From positions 832,001 through 896,000 of the forward strand of contig CBDDCA010000006.1 in assembly GCA_965226055.1 (NCBI GenBank): DNA of 64,000 nucleotides. Reading direction: 5' to 3'. The notes under the pieces were generated by a model. It was not told the origin of the DNA, ran no database searches, and was given only the letters and a program-made list of their open reading frames with translations. Both the position numbers and the translations under genes were made by a program. The DNA is from Spirochaetia bacterium (GTDB lineage Bacteria; Spirochaetota; Spirochaetia; WTKD01; G963693115). Position 1 is the first letter of the stretch. Each line of letters opens with the position of its first letter. Of the stretch, positions 1-9,728 are shown piece by piece.

Positions 1-2
1 CA

Positions 3-527
3 CGTACTTTCCAAAATGTGCGATTATTTCAACGTCTTACCGTATTAGAAAATGTTCTTGTTGGACTCCATTCTAAATTGCATGCAGGCTTTTGGGGGAC
101 TATTGCAAATAGCCATAGAACACGAAAAGAAGAAAAAGAAAGTATTGAACGAGCTTTTTATCTCCTTGAGTATTTTAAGTTAGATTCGCTTGCTAATAAT
201 GTTGCAGGAGATTTGCCATTTGGAAATCAAAAAGTATTAGAGATTGTACGTGCTATGGCAGTAAATCCTACCTTATTGTTATTAGATGAACCTGCCGCTG
301 GGCTTAATACACAAGAGACACATGAGCTTATGGAACTTCTTATAAAAGTAAAGCGAGATTTTTATCCAACATTATTTCTTATCGAACATGATATGAAATT
401 TGTAATGTCTCTTACTGATAGAATTTATGTTCTTGATTATGGAAAACTTATTGCTCAAGGAACTCCAAAAGAAATACAAAATAATCAAGATGTTATTACT
501 GCTTATTTAGGAGAAACTATCGTATGA
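3..527 (+). CDS. livG: Branched-chain amino acid ABC transporter ATP-binding protein (5' truncated by window)
   Basis: RTFQNVRLF, LLLLDEPAAG, IEHDM and C-terminal VITAYLG motifs; frame is open to the window edge. Confidence 0.92.
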   Translation, partial: RTFQNVRLFQRLTVLENVLVGLHSKLHAGFWGTIANSHRTRKEEKESIERAFYLLEYFKLDSLANNVAGDLPFGNQKVLEIVRAMAVNPTLLLLDEPAAGLNTQETHELMELLIKVKRDFYPTLFLIEHDMKFVMSLTDRIYVLDYGKLIAQGTPKEIQNNQDVITAYLGETIV

Positions 528-1246
528 GTATGTTACAATTTAGTGATGTACATGTTCATTACGGAGCTATTGCTGCCGTTAATGGAATTTCTTTTACTGT
601 GAACAAAGGAGAGCTTGTTACTATTATTGGAGCAAATGGTGCAGGAAAATCTTCAATAATGATGGCAATTACAGGAATTGTTCCTATTACAAGCGGTACT
701 ATTACATTTTTAGAGAAAAACATTCATCAAAAAAGTACCCGTGAGATTATTACAGCAGGGATAGCCCTTGTTCCTGAACGAAGAAGAATTTTTCCTCGAC
801 TTACTGTACAAGAAAATTTAGAGTTAGGGGCTATACTAAACAATAATGCAAAACAAGTGCAAGAGGATATGGATTATGTAATGTCTCTCTTTCCTATTTT
901 GCGGGAACGAAGCACTCAGCTTGGCGGTACATTAAGTGGTGGTGAACAGCAAATGCTTGCTATAGCTCGAGCGTATATGCAACATCCAACATTACTATTA
1001 CTTGATGAACCTTCGTTAGGGCTTGCTCCTATTATTATTCAGAAGATATTTGCTACTCTTGAACAATTACGTACAGAACGTAATCTTACTATTTTATTAG
1101 TAGAACAAAATGTCAGTTTAGCATTACATCATTCTGATAGAGGGTATGTGCTTGAAACAGGAGAGGTGATATTAGAAGGAGATTCTCAGTATTTGTTAAA
1201 TCATTCCAGTATTAAAGAAGCATATCTTGGAGGACACATACACTAA
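524..1246 (+). CDS. livF: Branched-chain amino acid ABC transporter ATP-binding protein
   Basis: Walker A GANGAGKS, LSGGEQQMLAIAR, DEPSLGLAP, VEQN; ATGA overlap with livG. Confidence 0.94.
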   Translation: MSMLQFSDVHVHYGAIAAVNGISFTVNKGELVTIIGANGAGKSSIMMAITGIVPITSGTITFLEKNIHQKSTREIITAGIALVPERRRIFPRLTVQENLELGAILNNNAKQVQEDMDYVMSLFPILRERSTQLGGTLSGGEQQMLAIARAYMQHPTLLLLDEPSLGLAPIIIQKIFATLEQLRTERNLTILLVEQNVSLALHHSDRGYVLETGEVILEGDSQYLLNHSSIKEAYLGGHIH

Positions 1247-1318
1247 GTGTTACTTGGATACATGTAGCATGTGTTTCCTATATATACATAAGGGAGTATT
1301 ATATAGTATACTGCATGT

Positions 1319-2728
1319 ATGTCAAATAATTTACAACAGACTCAAAAACGAGTAACTCGTAGTGGTAGTATGGATCTAAGTAATGGAGATATCCTTTCAT
1401 CCATAAAAGTAATTGCGTTACCTGCAATGTTAGGACAATTTTTTAATTCAATGTATAATTGGATTGATACATTTTGGGGAGGAAAAATTTCTGCTGACGC
1501 ATTATCTGCATTTGCAGCATCATTTCCTGTTTTTTTACTTTCACTTGCCTTAGGACAGCTCTGTGCTGGTGGAGCTATGGTATTGATTTCTAATGCACTT
1601 GGAGAAAAACGTGAACAAGATTCTAAAGACTATCTCGCACAAGCGTCAGTACTAAGTCTTGTAATTGGGGTAGTAATAGTAGTAGTAATTCAAATAGTGC
1701 TTGAGCCTCTGTTAGCATTTCAAGGGGCAAGTGGGCAAGTGCTTACCTATGCTGTGCAGTATACAAGAATTTTATTGTATGGCTTTCCTTTTTTAATGCT
1801 CACTTTTACCCTTAACTCAGGACTTACAAGTCGCGGAAACACAAAATTTATGAGAAATATTTTTATCATGAATGTATGTATCAATATGCTTATGGATCCC
1901 TTATTGTTATATGGCCTCTCTTTTGGAGGAATACAAATTATTCCTGCTATGGGTATAGGAGGAATTGCGTTAGCGACAGTTATTGTACAAGTATTAGGGG
2001 CAGTAATACTATTGAAAAAATGTTTTCAAGATGATATGCTCCCTCGTTCTATTTCATGTTTTGCTCCTAGGATACAGTGTTATCGATCAATTATAGTGTA
2101 TGGGTTGCCATCATTTTTTCAATTATTACTAGTATCAGTAGGGCTTTCACTTATTACATTTTTTCTGTTTCAGTTAGGAGGAAACAGTGCTTCGGCTGCG
2201 TATGGAATAGGATTAAGGATAGAACAGATGGCTCTTATTCCTGCGTTTGGATTATCCATTGCCCTTTCTGCTTTGGTGGGACAAAATAATGGAGCAAAGA
2301 AATTTGATCGTATTTTAATAAGCTATCGAACGGTAATATATTTAGCGGTGTTATTACTTATTAGTCTTATGCTTCCTCTTACATTGTTTGGAAATGTTTT
2401 TGCTACCATTTTTACTTCAAATGTACAGGTTATTGCAACCACTGAGCTTTACTTATTTTTTGCATTAGCTGCGTTTATGGGATACCAAACATTGAATCTT
2501 TCACAAGGTGTTCTCACAGGCATGAAAAAGCCACATATAGCAATATTTATTATTATTATGAGACAGTTACTCCTGCCTTTTATTACTATTCCTCTTTTTG
2601 TGTATGTGTTTGATTTTGGTATCATAGGCTTATTTATTGCTGTGGTGTTGAATGTGTGGATATGCGCTTTCTTAATGTCCTTTTTTGCATTACGAACTAT
2701 TGCAAAACGTCAAGCTGAGGTGTTATAG
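1319..2728 (+). CDS. MATE family efflux transporter
   Basis: About 12 hydrophobic segments; MYNWIDTFW, LMDPLL, GIGGIALAT and GQNNGA motifs. Confidence 0.9.
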   Translation: MSNNLQQTQKRVTRSGSMDLSNGDILSSIKVIALPAMLGQFFNSMYNWIDTFWGGKISADALSAFAASFPVFLLSLALGQLCAGGAMVLISNALGEKREQDSKDYLAQASVLSLVIGVVIVVVIQIVLEPLLAFQGASGQVLTYAVQYTRILLYGFPFLMLTFTLNSGLTSRGNTKFMRNIFIMNVCINMLMDPLLLYGLSFGGIQIIPAMGIGGIALATVIVQVLGAVILLKKCFQDDMLPRSISCFAPRIQCYRSIIVYGLPSFFQLLLVSVGLSLITFFLFQLGGNSASAAYGIGLRIEQMALIPAFGLSIALSALVGQNNGAKKFDRILISYRTVIYLAVLLLISLMLPLTLFGNVFATIFTSNVQVIATTELYLFFALAAFMGYQTLNLSQGVLTGMKKPHIAIFIIIMRQLLLPFITIPLFVYVFDFGIIGLFIAVVLNVWICAFLMSFFALRTIAKRQAEVL

Positions 2729-2885
2729 GCTTTTACAGAAAAATACTAATAATGCTACTATATAAATAGAGTAGTAATTATATAATCTGTATAGACCATA
2801 TGGGGACGGTATAGAGAAAAATAGTATTACTCAATAATAAAAAATAACATATGAGGAAATAATAAAAATAGATTGGAGGATTGAT

Positions 2886-3494
2886 ATGGCAAGAATTTTG
2901 CAAGCAAAAGGAAAAATAGTAAGAAGATTTGGAATAAACATATTTGGAAACCAAAAATATGATAAGTTATTAAAACGAAAACCAAATCCTCCCGGTGAAA
3001 TACGACAAAGAAGACCACGACAAACTGAGTTTGGTCGGCAATTATTAGAAAAGCAGAAACTTAAGTTTTGTTATGGGGTGAGTGAACGGCAATTACGAAA
3101 TATTTTTGCTCGTGCAAAGGTAATGGATGGAGTAACAGGGCGTAATATGCTTATTTTACTTGAATGTCGTTTAGATAATGTTGTGTACAAATTAGGGTTT
3201 GCGTCTAGTAGAAATCAAGCACGGCAGTTGGTATCTCATGGGCATATACTCCATAATGGAAGACGGGTAACTATCCCTTCGATTCGTGTACGTCTTGGTG
3301 ATACTATACAAGTTATTGACAAGCAAGCCTCTGTAAACTTAGTGAGAAGATTGCTTGCTGATAATAGTGCTAGGGCTGTTCCCGAATGGCTTGAACGTGA
3401 AGATTTGTCTGCAAAAATTACTATGTATCCAACTCGTGAAATGATAACTACTGTAGCTGAAGAGCAACAAATTGTGGAATTTTTCTCAAAATAA
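2886..3494 (+). CDS. rpsD: 30S ribosomal protein S4
   Basis: LLEKQKLKFCYG, LECRLDNVVY, ARQLVSHGH, IVEFFSK; SD GGAGG. Confidence 0.97.
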   Translation: MARILQAKGKIVRRFGINIFGNQKYDKLLKRKPNPPGEIRQRRPRQTEFGRQLLEKQKLKFCYGVSERQLRNIFARAKVMDGVTGRNMLILLECRLDNVVYKLGFASSRNQARQLVSHGHILHNGRRVTIPSIRVRLGDTIQVIDKQASVNLVRRLLADNSARAVPEWLEREDLSAKITMYPTREMITTVAEEQQIVEFFSK

Positions 3495-5412
3495 AGCACG
3501 TTTTTTTACTGTATATATTTCTCTCATCTGTGTTCTTTTACAGGTATCTGTGTATTCTGTGCTGTTTATGTCATGTACAGAATCACAGGATGCTCAGCAA
3601 GTAAATAATGCAAGCACCACAACAGTAAGGGAGAAAGTTCAGCGTTTTGATGATTCTCTATTGTATACATATCCGCAGAGCAAAGAGTTACGTATTGCTA
3701 CAGAGCAACGATATGAGACCTTAGATCCTCATAGTACAAAAAGCCATGATGTGTTGCAAGTGATACATGCATTGTATACAGGATTGACTACGCTTGATCC
3801 AATTACAAGTACAGCTCGATCTGCTTTAGCGAAACATTGGGAATCTTCTTTGCAAGAGGAAGGGTATACCTATATTTTTAGTATGCGTAATGCAACATGG
3901 ACAGATGGCACAAAAGTTACTGCACAACAAGTACAGCAAAGTCTTTTACGTGCAATGTCTCCTCAGCGAAATACTGAATTTTCTTTTGTGTTAGCTCATA
4001 GTATTAAAGGTGCTCAGAATTTTTTTACACTACAAGAGAATGCAAGTGACGAAGCAATAGTACGCTATTCACAAGAGGTAGCAATACAAGTAATTGATAC
4101 TGCTACTGTTTCCATTACCACTCAGACGATAGATATTCCTTTGTTACAATTGTTAGCTCATCCGCAAGCAGCGATACTTCCTATTGAAGATTTTCGTGAT
4201 GAGTATAATGGGCATAATTTTAGTGTAGATCCAGATACATGGGTTGGATTAGGATCATATGTTCCTGTACAGATGACAGAAGATACGCTTACTTTACAAG
4301 AGAATACGCAATTTTGGGTACAACCATGGAGTAAATCGGTAGTTGTTACAATGGGACTTAGTAAAGACATGCAAATGGAACGCTTTACTAATAAAGAAAA
4401 AAATATTCATATTGATTGGGTAAAAAATTTCCCACGTATTCCTATTACTTCCGTTAATCAAGATGATAAAAATATACATAACCAGCGTTTCTCGCATCTT
4501 ATGTTTTTAGATATTCCAAACACATCTCTATTACATACAAAATTTTCTCGACAAGATCTTGGGGTAGCATCAAACATACGCTTGAATTTTACTTTGAATA
4601 CATTGAATGATACCTATGCTGATAGAGCTGTGGCTGAAATGTTGTATGTGTTGAGAAATGCTATTGCTGTCTATGATGCTTTTGCAACAACAGAAATAGC
4701 TATGCCTGTATACATAGCAAATAGTGTATTCAAGCCCTATTATATTAGTACGAGTAGTTTCAGTACCCTTTCTTTTATTACACAGTTACCGAATACATTG
4801 CAAGAATATATGTCTCAAACAGTGTCTTACGATACTGTTATTGAAAGTGAATATATTGATTTGTTGCAATTTCAAAAAAATAGAAGTTATGTTCAATTAC
4901 TTCGAAGATATGTAGAACGAAATGATGAGAAAATAGAGTTTGATGCTGTTACTATTGCATATGATTCTATTGTTCTTAAAGATGTAGCGGAATATGTTGC
5001 ACGAGAATACTTTGAAGCAAATGCCATTCCTGTAGAGCTGAAACAAATAGGAGCTTTAGGAGAAAATGATAGTAGTGAAGAATCGTATGATGTAGCATTG
5101 AGATTATTTAGTCCTGTAGTAGATGATCATTATGCCATGTTGTTAGCCTTAGAATATCATATGTTCAAGAATAACACAAATGCTCTTTTTTCCTTATCGA
5201 ACACATTCTTTTCTGTACAAGATACTATTGATCAGCTTATAAATGGACAGTATTCTGCATTTTATACACAGATAAAAAATTATTTGTATGTATTACAAGA
5301 GCAAAAAAGAGTTGTTCCTGTTTTTTTCTATACTCAGCAACATTATATTGACACAAAAAAATTTCGTTGGTGGACAGTCCCAACTCGTTTATGGCATTCT
5401 CTTTATCCATAG
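3472..5412 (+). CDS. Peptide ABC transporter substrate-binding lipoprotein (OppA/SBP family 5-like, divergent C-half)
   Basis: LDPH, LYTGLT, ALAKHWE, WTDGTKVTA; lipobox LFMSC; TTG start overlaps rpsD end, so start is uncertain. Confidence 0.72.
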   Translation: MWNFSQNKARFFTVYISLICVLLQVSVYSVLFMSCTESQDAQQVNNASTTTVREKVQRFDDSLLYTYPQSKELRIATEQRYETLDPHSTKSHDVLQVIHALYTGLTTLDPITSTARSALAKHWESSLQEEGYTYIFSMRNATWTDGTKVTAQQVQQSLLRAMSPQRNTEFSFVLAHSIKGAQNFFTLQENASDEAIVRYSQEVAIQVIDTATVSITTQTIDIPLLQLLAHPQAAILPIEDFRDEYNGHNFSVDPDTWVGLGSYVPVQMTEDTLTLQENTQFWVQPWSKSVVVTMGLSKDMQMERFTNKEKNIHIDWVKNFPRIPITSVNQDDKNIHNQRFSHLMFLDIPNTSLLHTKFSRQDLGVASNIRLNFTLNTLNDTYADRAVAEMLYVLRNAIAVYDAFATTEIAMPVYIANSVFKPYYISTSSFSTLSFITQLPNTLQEYMSQTVSYDTVIESEYIDLLQFQKNRSYVQLLRRYVERNDEKIEFDAVTIAYDSIVLKDVAEYVAREYFEANAIPVELKQIGALGENDSSEESYDVALRLFSPVVDDHYAMLLALEYHMFKNNTNALFSLSNTFFSVQDTIDQLINGQYSAFYTQIKNYLYVLQEQKRVVPVFFYTQQHYIDTKKFRWWTVPTRLWHSLYP

Positions 5413-5429
5413 AATATGGCGCATGTATT

Positions 5430-5732
5430 TTATCGTCCATTAATGCTGAATATTTTGAAAATAATATTTCGGCTTATATAAGAAAAAACAATAGAAGGCA
5501 ATAAGAGAACAACAAGAAGTAACAGTATTTGCAGTATAGTGCTAGGGATAAAACTTGAAAATAAGGTATGAGCAAGAGGAAAGACAAAAAATTCTGTGGT
5601 AAAAACATCAAGCGGGCTACTATACCCCAAGAATATGTGACATAAAAAGTAACAAAATGCAAAGAATAAAATAACAGCATTTAATAAGAGAATGGATCTT
5701 ACTTGTTTATTGTTGAATTTCATAGTTGACAT
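5430..5732 (-). CDS. Hypothetical small membrane protein
   Basis: 100 aa with 2-3 hydrophobic segments; TGcTATGCT 6 nt before ATG. Confidence 0.55.
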   Translation of the reverse strand: MSTMKFNNKQVRSILLLNAVILFFAFCYFLCHIFLGYSSPLDVFTTEFFVFPLAHTLFSSFIPSTILQILLLLVVLLLPSIVFSYISRNIIFKIFSINGR

Positions 5733-5786
5733 GTAATTAGCATAGCATATTTATATTTCTCTGTGTGTTTTTATTTTTTTTCTTAC

Positions 5787-5826
5787 TTTTTTTGCTCCTT
5801 TGTCGCATTTAATCCTTGAACTCGTG
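5787..5826. mobile_element. Solo IS30-family left end (inverted-repeat relic)
   Basis: 5801-5826 tgtcgcatttaatccttgaactcgtg is the exact reverse complement of IRL 10563-10588; the internal flank tttttttgctcctt is also shared. Confidence 0.88.
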
Positions 5827-5844
5827 GGATCCCACAGATGCCAC

Positions 5845-5873
5845 TTGTGTAATTTAAGAGAGCAGTATATACT
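5845..5873 (+). promoter_or_regulatory. Predicted sigma70 promoter of the tRNA pair
   Basis: TTGTGT-17 nt-TATACT, 11 nt before tRNA-Ser. Confidence 0.6.
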
Positions 5874-5884
5874 AAAAGTATATA

Positions 5885-5973
5885 GGAGAAGTGCGAGAGT
5901 GGTTGAATCGGGCTTCCTGCTAAGAAGTTGTACCCTTACCGGGGTACCGTGGGTTCGAATCCCACCTTCTCCG
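5885..5973 (+). tRNA. tRNA-Ser(GCT)
   Basis: Acceptor GGAGAAG/CTTCTCC, anticodon loop CTGCTAA, long variable arm, GGTTCGAATCC. Confidence 0.96.
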
Positions 5974-5975
5974 TT

Positions 5976-6049
5976 GTACCCATAGCTTAGCTGGATAGAG
6001 CGTCAGATTGCGGATCTGAAGGTCGGAGGTTCAAGTCCTCTTGGGTACG
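5976..6049 (+). tRNA. tRNA-Arg(GCG)
   Basis: Acceptor GTACCCA/TGGGTAC, anticodon stem TCAGA/TCTGA with loop TTGCGGA, GGTTCAAGTCC; CCA not encoded. Confidence 0.94.
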
Positions 6050-6126
6050 CTATCTTGTGCTGTTTTTTATACGCTTGATTGCACGAATGAGGGGAAATTT
6101 TTGTTACGCAGAATATACGAGAGAAA

Positions 6127-6813
6127 ATGAATGTTGCTATTATCCCTGCTCGAAAAGGATCGAAATCCTTAAAAGATAAAAATATTCTTCTGTTAGGAGG
6201 AAAACCTCTCATAGTGCATACCATACATGCAGCACTAGAAAGTGCGTTATTTGAAAAAGTTATTGTTTCAACTGATTCACAGGAGTATGCAAACATTGCC
6301 ATAGAACATGGTGCTATCGTTCCTTATTTGCGTTCTGTAGAGCTATCTCAAGATACTGTCCCTACATCAAAGGTGAGTGCTGAAATATTGCAATATCTTT
6401 TTCATAATGATGAACATTATACATATTTTTCTGTGCTACAAGTAAGTTCTCCACTTCGTAATGCAAAAGATATTATTGATTCGTATAATTTGCTAGTAAA
6501 TAAAAAAGCTGATACTGTTATAAGTGTATGTGAATCTTCGTATCCTAAACCCTGGGTACAGGAGCTTCCTAGTGATTATAGTATGAGAGGTTTTATTCCA
6601 CAAGAGTATTATAACATGCCAAGACAATCACTTCCACGTTATTATAAGATACATGGTGCTATTTTCTGGTGCAGAGTAGATACATATCATGAGCAGTATA
6701 ATCCTTTTGACCAAAATAGCTATGCGTATGTTATGCCTCAAAGTCGCTCAGTTGATATAGATAGTGACATAGATTTTGAGCTAGCAAAAGTGTTATATGA
6801 ACAACAACGATAA
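6127..6813 (+). CDS. neuA: Acylneuraminate (nonulosonic acid) cytidylyltransferase
   Basis: AIIPARKGSK..KDKN, VSTDS, LQVSSPLR, SVDIDSDIDF. Confidence 0.88.
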   Translation: MNVAIIPARKGSKSLKDKNILLLGGKPLIVHTIHAALESALFEKVIVSTDSQEYANIAIEHGAIVPYLRSVELSQDTVPTSKVSAEILQYLFHNDEHYTYFSVLQVSSPLRNAKDIIDSYNLLVNKKADTVISVCESSYPKPWVQELPSDYSMRGFIPQEYYNMPRQSLPRYYKIHGAIFWCRVDTYHEQYNPFDQNSYAYVMPQSRSVDIDSDIDFELAKVLYEQQR

Positions 6814-6855
6814 TTATATATTACAGTAAGAGTAAAATATACTATACTAGTTACT

Positions 6856-7230
6856 ATGAGTGATGATAATCTTAATACAGTACCAAAAGCAGTAGGCCCT
6901 TATAGAAGTGCTATTCTTTGTGGTAATATATTATTTTGTTCAGGACAGATTCCCTTAGATCCTCAAACAGGTGATATAGTTGGAAATAATACAGCAGAAC
7001 AGTGCGAGCAGGTGATAAAAAATATTATTGCTTTACTACGAAGTTATAATTTGACATTACAAGATGTACGAAAGACAGTGTGTTTTCTGAAAGATATGAA
7101 TGATTTCGCTGTATTTAATGAGGTGTATGCACGGTATTTTACTGACCCTTATCCTGCGAGGAGCTGTGTTGAGGTAGCGCGGTTACCAAAAGATGTACTG
7201 GTAGAAATAGAAATTATTGCTGAAAAATAA
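6856..7230 (+). CDS. ridA: RidA family reactive imine deaminase
   Basis: AVGPY, SGQIPLDP, PARSCVEVARLPK, VEIE. Confidence 0.92.
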   Translation: MSDDNLNTVPKAVGPYRSAILCGNILFCSGQIPLDPQTGDIVGNNTAEQCEQVIKNIIALLRSYNLTLQDVRKTVCFLKDMNDFAVFNEVYARYFTDPYPARSCVEVARLPKDVLVEIEIIAEK

Positions 7231-7262
7231 ATACTATAGCAATAGAATACACTATTCTCACT

Positions 7263-8429
7263 ATGAAGAATAATGCTACCGTGTCTAAACTCGCTCCTAT
7301 TGTTATGGAGCTGGCAGGTGGGGTAGGAAATCAGCTATTTCAGTATAATTTCGGTGTTTTATTATCTCAGTTAAGCGGACGTAGTCTTGTCCTTGATGTT
7401 ACAAGTGTCTACCGTGATGTGCAACGATGTCCAGATATTATGCACTTAATTCCTCCTTTCGTTGATACGACAGGGAGGAGTGTACAGTATATTACAAAGC
7501 GTAAACAGTTATTTGCACTATTACAGTCAAGGGTACTTTGTTCATTAAATAGGTTTGAACGAATTATCAATAAGATATATCCCTATCGTGAAGCGAAAGA
7601 TTGTGGTACATATCAATTTTTTGATGAAAAGAGTTCCTCGTATCAGGATAGTATGTATTTTCATGATAGTAATATACAGCCTTGTTTAACGGAAAAACAG
7701 CTGTTATTATTGAACGATATTGTACACAAAGATACTGCCATACCATTGTTTGTAAGAGGATATTGGCAAGATATGCGGTTATATCGTGCAGTAAAAGAGA
7801 GGGATGTTTTTTGTGTGTTGAATACTCAGCAAAATGAGATGGTAGTACATGCAGAAAAAGAGTTGCAACAAAAGTATGCAGTAGATTTTTCTCATGCAAC
7901 GATAATACATGTAAGACGAACTGATTTTTTATTGACGCAATATCCTCAGTGTTCCCTTGATTACTATAGAAAAGCAGTACAAGTTGTATTAGCAAAGGAT
8001 CCTAAGGCTACATTTCTTGTTTTTACTGATGATGCAAAGTGGTGTGCTACTCATTTTGATATAGGGGTTTCCTTTGTTTTGGTTACAGGCAAAACTGATA
8101 TACATCAAAAGTATATTTCTCTACTGGAAGGAGTAACAGTATATACGAATAGTTTTTCAGCAGTAGATGAAATGATATTGATGAATAGCGGTACTCATTA
8201 TATCCATAGTAATAGTAGTTTTGCTTGGTGGGGAGCGAGATTAACACCCAAGAGACTCTCTGTGAAGGCAACTACACATAAAGGACAGAAAAAGAGTATT
8301 ATTGTTGCTCCTTTTCCATGGTTTGAAAAAAGTGCTATATCTGCCGCATTGTACGATACTCAATGGGATATTCTCAATAATAGGAAAGGAGACTCAGTTT
8401 CATTACAGCAGTATACACAAACTGAATAA
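7263..8429 (+). CDS. Alpha-1,2-fucosyltransferase-like glycosyltransferase (GT11)
   Basis: GGVGNQLFQY, GYWQ, HVRRTDF, VFTDD, NSSFAWWGA. Confidence 0.88.
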   Translation: MKNNATVSKLAPIVMELAGGVGNQLFQYNFGVLLSQLSGRSLVLDVTSVYRDVQRCPDIMHLIPPFVDTTGRSVQYITKRKQLFALLQSRVLCSLNRFERIINKIYPYREAKDCGTYQFFDEKSSSYQDSMYFHDSNIQPCLTEKQLLLLNDIVHKDTAIPLFVRGYWQDMRLYRAVKERDVFCVLNTQQNEMVVHAEKELQQKYAVDFSHATIIHVRRTDFLLTQYPQCSLDYYRKAVQVVLAKDPKATFLVFTDDAKWCATHFDIGVSFVLVTGKTDIHQKYISLLEGVTVYTNSFSAVDEMILMNSGTHYIHSNSSFAWWGARLTPKRLSVKATTHKGQKKSIIVAPFPWFEKSAISAALYDTQWDILNNRKGDSVSLQQYTQTE

Positions 8430-8438
8430 GCATTGTAT

Positions 8439-9728
8439 CTATAGCCATTTTTTTATTGATTGTGATAGTATGCTAAATGCTTTTTGTATTGTGTGAGGAC
8501 TACATAGGAAGGACGGAGCTAGCCTAAGTCCATGTGTACCAGTACGTAAAATAAGGAGTCCTTTTTCTTGACATTCCGAAATTATTGAGGTGATAGTGGT
8601 ATTTATTGCGTTCTTGTTTGTATCGGCTTCTGAAAAATGTATACCGCGTAAATGTCCTTTTCCTAAGGGATGTATATGTGTATATGTATTACAGAGTATT
8701 GTAATGTTTTTTTCTAAGGATTGTGCTGATATATGTCGTTTGTTTTGTATGTGTTTTTGTTGTAGTAATGACAATACTGTCAGTCCACAGGAGGCAGTCA
8801 AGGGGTTTCCTCCTAATGTAGTGCCATGATCTCCTGCTTGTAGTATATGTTGAATCTTTTGAGAATAAATGACTGCGCCTCCTGCAGTTCCTCCTCCTAA
8901 TGCTTTTGCAAGAGTAATGATGTCTGGTTGTAATGGTAAAAGCGATGATGCGAAAAAGTTTCCGCAACGGTACAGTCCAGTTTGTACTTCATCAGCAATA
9001 ATAAAGAATGAATATTTTTTTGCTAATGCTTGTAAGCATGTTGCTGTTTCTTGTGTGAGAGCTTCTAAGCCTCCTTCTCCTTGTATTGGTTCAAATATCA
9101 CTGCTGCAGTTTGGTCTGTGACTGCTTGCTGTAAACTTGTACAGTCATTATAGGGGACAATGGAGCAGTGTGGGAGGAGTGGCTCAAAGGGGCTGCGGTA
9201 TTTTTCTTGTCCTGTTACTGATAATGCTCCCATAGTTCTTCCGTGAAAGGAGTTCTTAAATGCTACGAAATGCGTTTTGTGTTTCATATTGTTGCGATAA
9301 AAGTACAGTCGTGTAAACTTTAGTGCAGCTTCGTTTGCTTCGGTACCACTGTTACATAAAAAGCTTGCTGCAAAATGTGTGGTATCATGATGGGAGTTTT
9401 CTGCTGTAGCTTCTCCATGAGAAACGGTGTGAGTACGATGAAACTCATTATTTGCGGTATCAACAAGTTGTTTGCATAGCTCAATACTTGCAGGGTATGT
9501 GTACAGATTAGATTGATGAAGTACCTTTTTTGCTTGTTTCGTGATATTTCTAATAACTGCAGGATGGCTATGTCCTAATGCATGTACTGCAATGCCTCCA
9601 GTAAAGTCAATGTATTTGTTTCCATGTATGTCCCAAACATAATCTCCTTTTGCTTTTTTTATTATGAGCTGAGGATTATAGCTATGAGTGAGTTGTGGAT
9701 ATGTAGTAAGTATAGTGTTATGAGTCAT
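8439..9728 (-). CDS. argD: Acetylornithine aminotransferase
   Basis: NSGTEANEAALK, FHGRT, EPIQGEGG, DEVQTG, AKALGGG; adjacent to argB. Confidence 0.9.
   Translation of the reverse strand: MTHNTILTTYPQLTHSYNPQLIIKKAKGDYVWDIHGNKYIDFTGGIAVHALGHSHPAVIRNITKQAKKVLHQSNLYTYPASIELCKQLVDTANNEFHRTHTVSHGEATAENSHHDTTHFAASFLCNSGTEANEAALKFTRLYFYRNNMKHKTHFVAFKNSFHGRTMGALSVTGQEKYRSPFEPLLPHCSIVPYNDCTSLQQAVTDQTAAVIFEPIQGEGGLEALTQETATCLQALAKKYSFFIIADEVQTGLYRCGNFFASSLLPLQPDIITLAKALGGGTAGGAVIYSQKIQHILQAGDHGTTLGGNPLTASCGLTVLSLLQQKHIQNKRHISAQSLEKNITILCNTYTHIHPLGKGHLRGIHFSEADTNKNAINTTITSIISECQEKGLLILRTGTHGLRLAPSFLCSPHTIQKAFSILSQSIKKWL

Noticed and set aside
5800-6302. ORFs 5800-5985 and 6003-6302
   Set aside because: They overlap the tRNA genes and neuA; spurious
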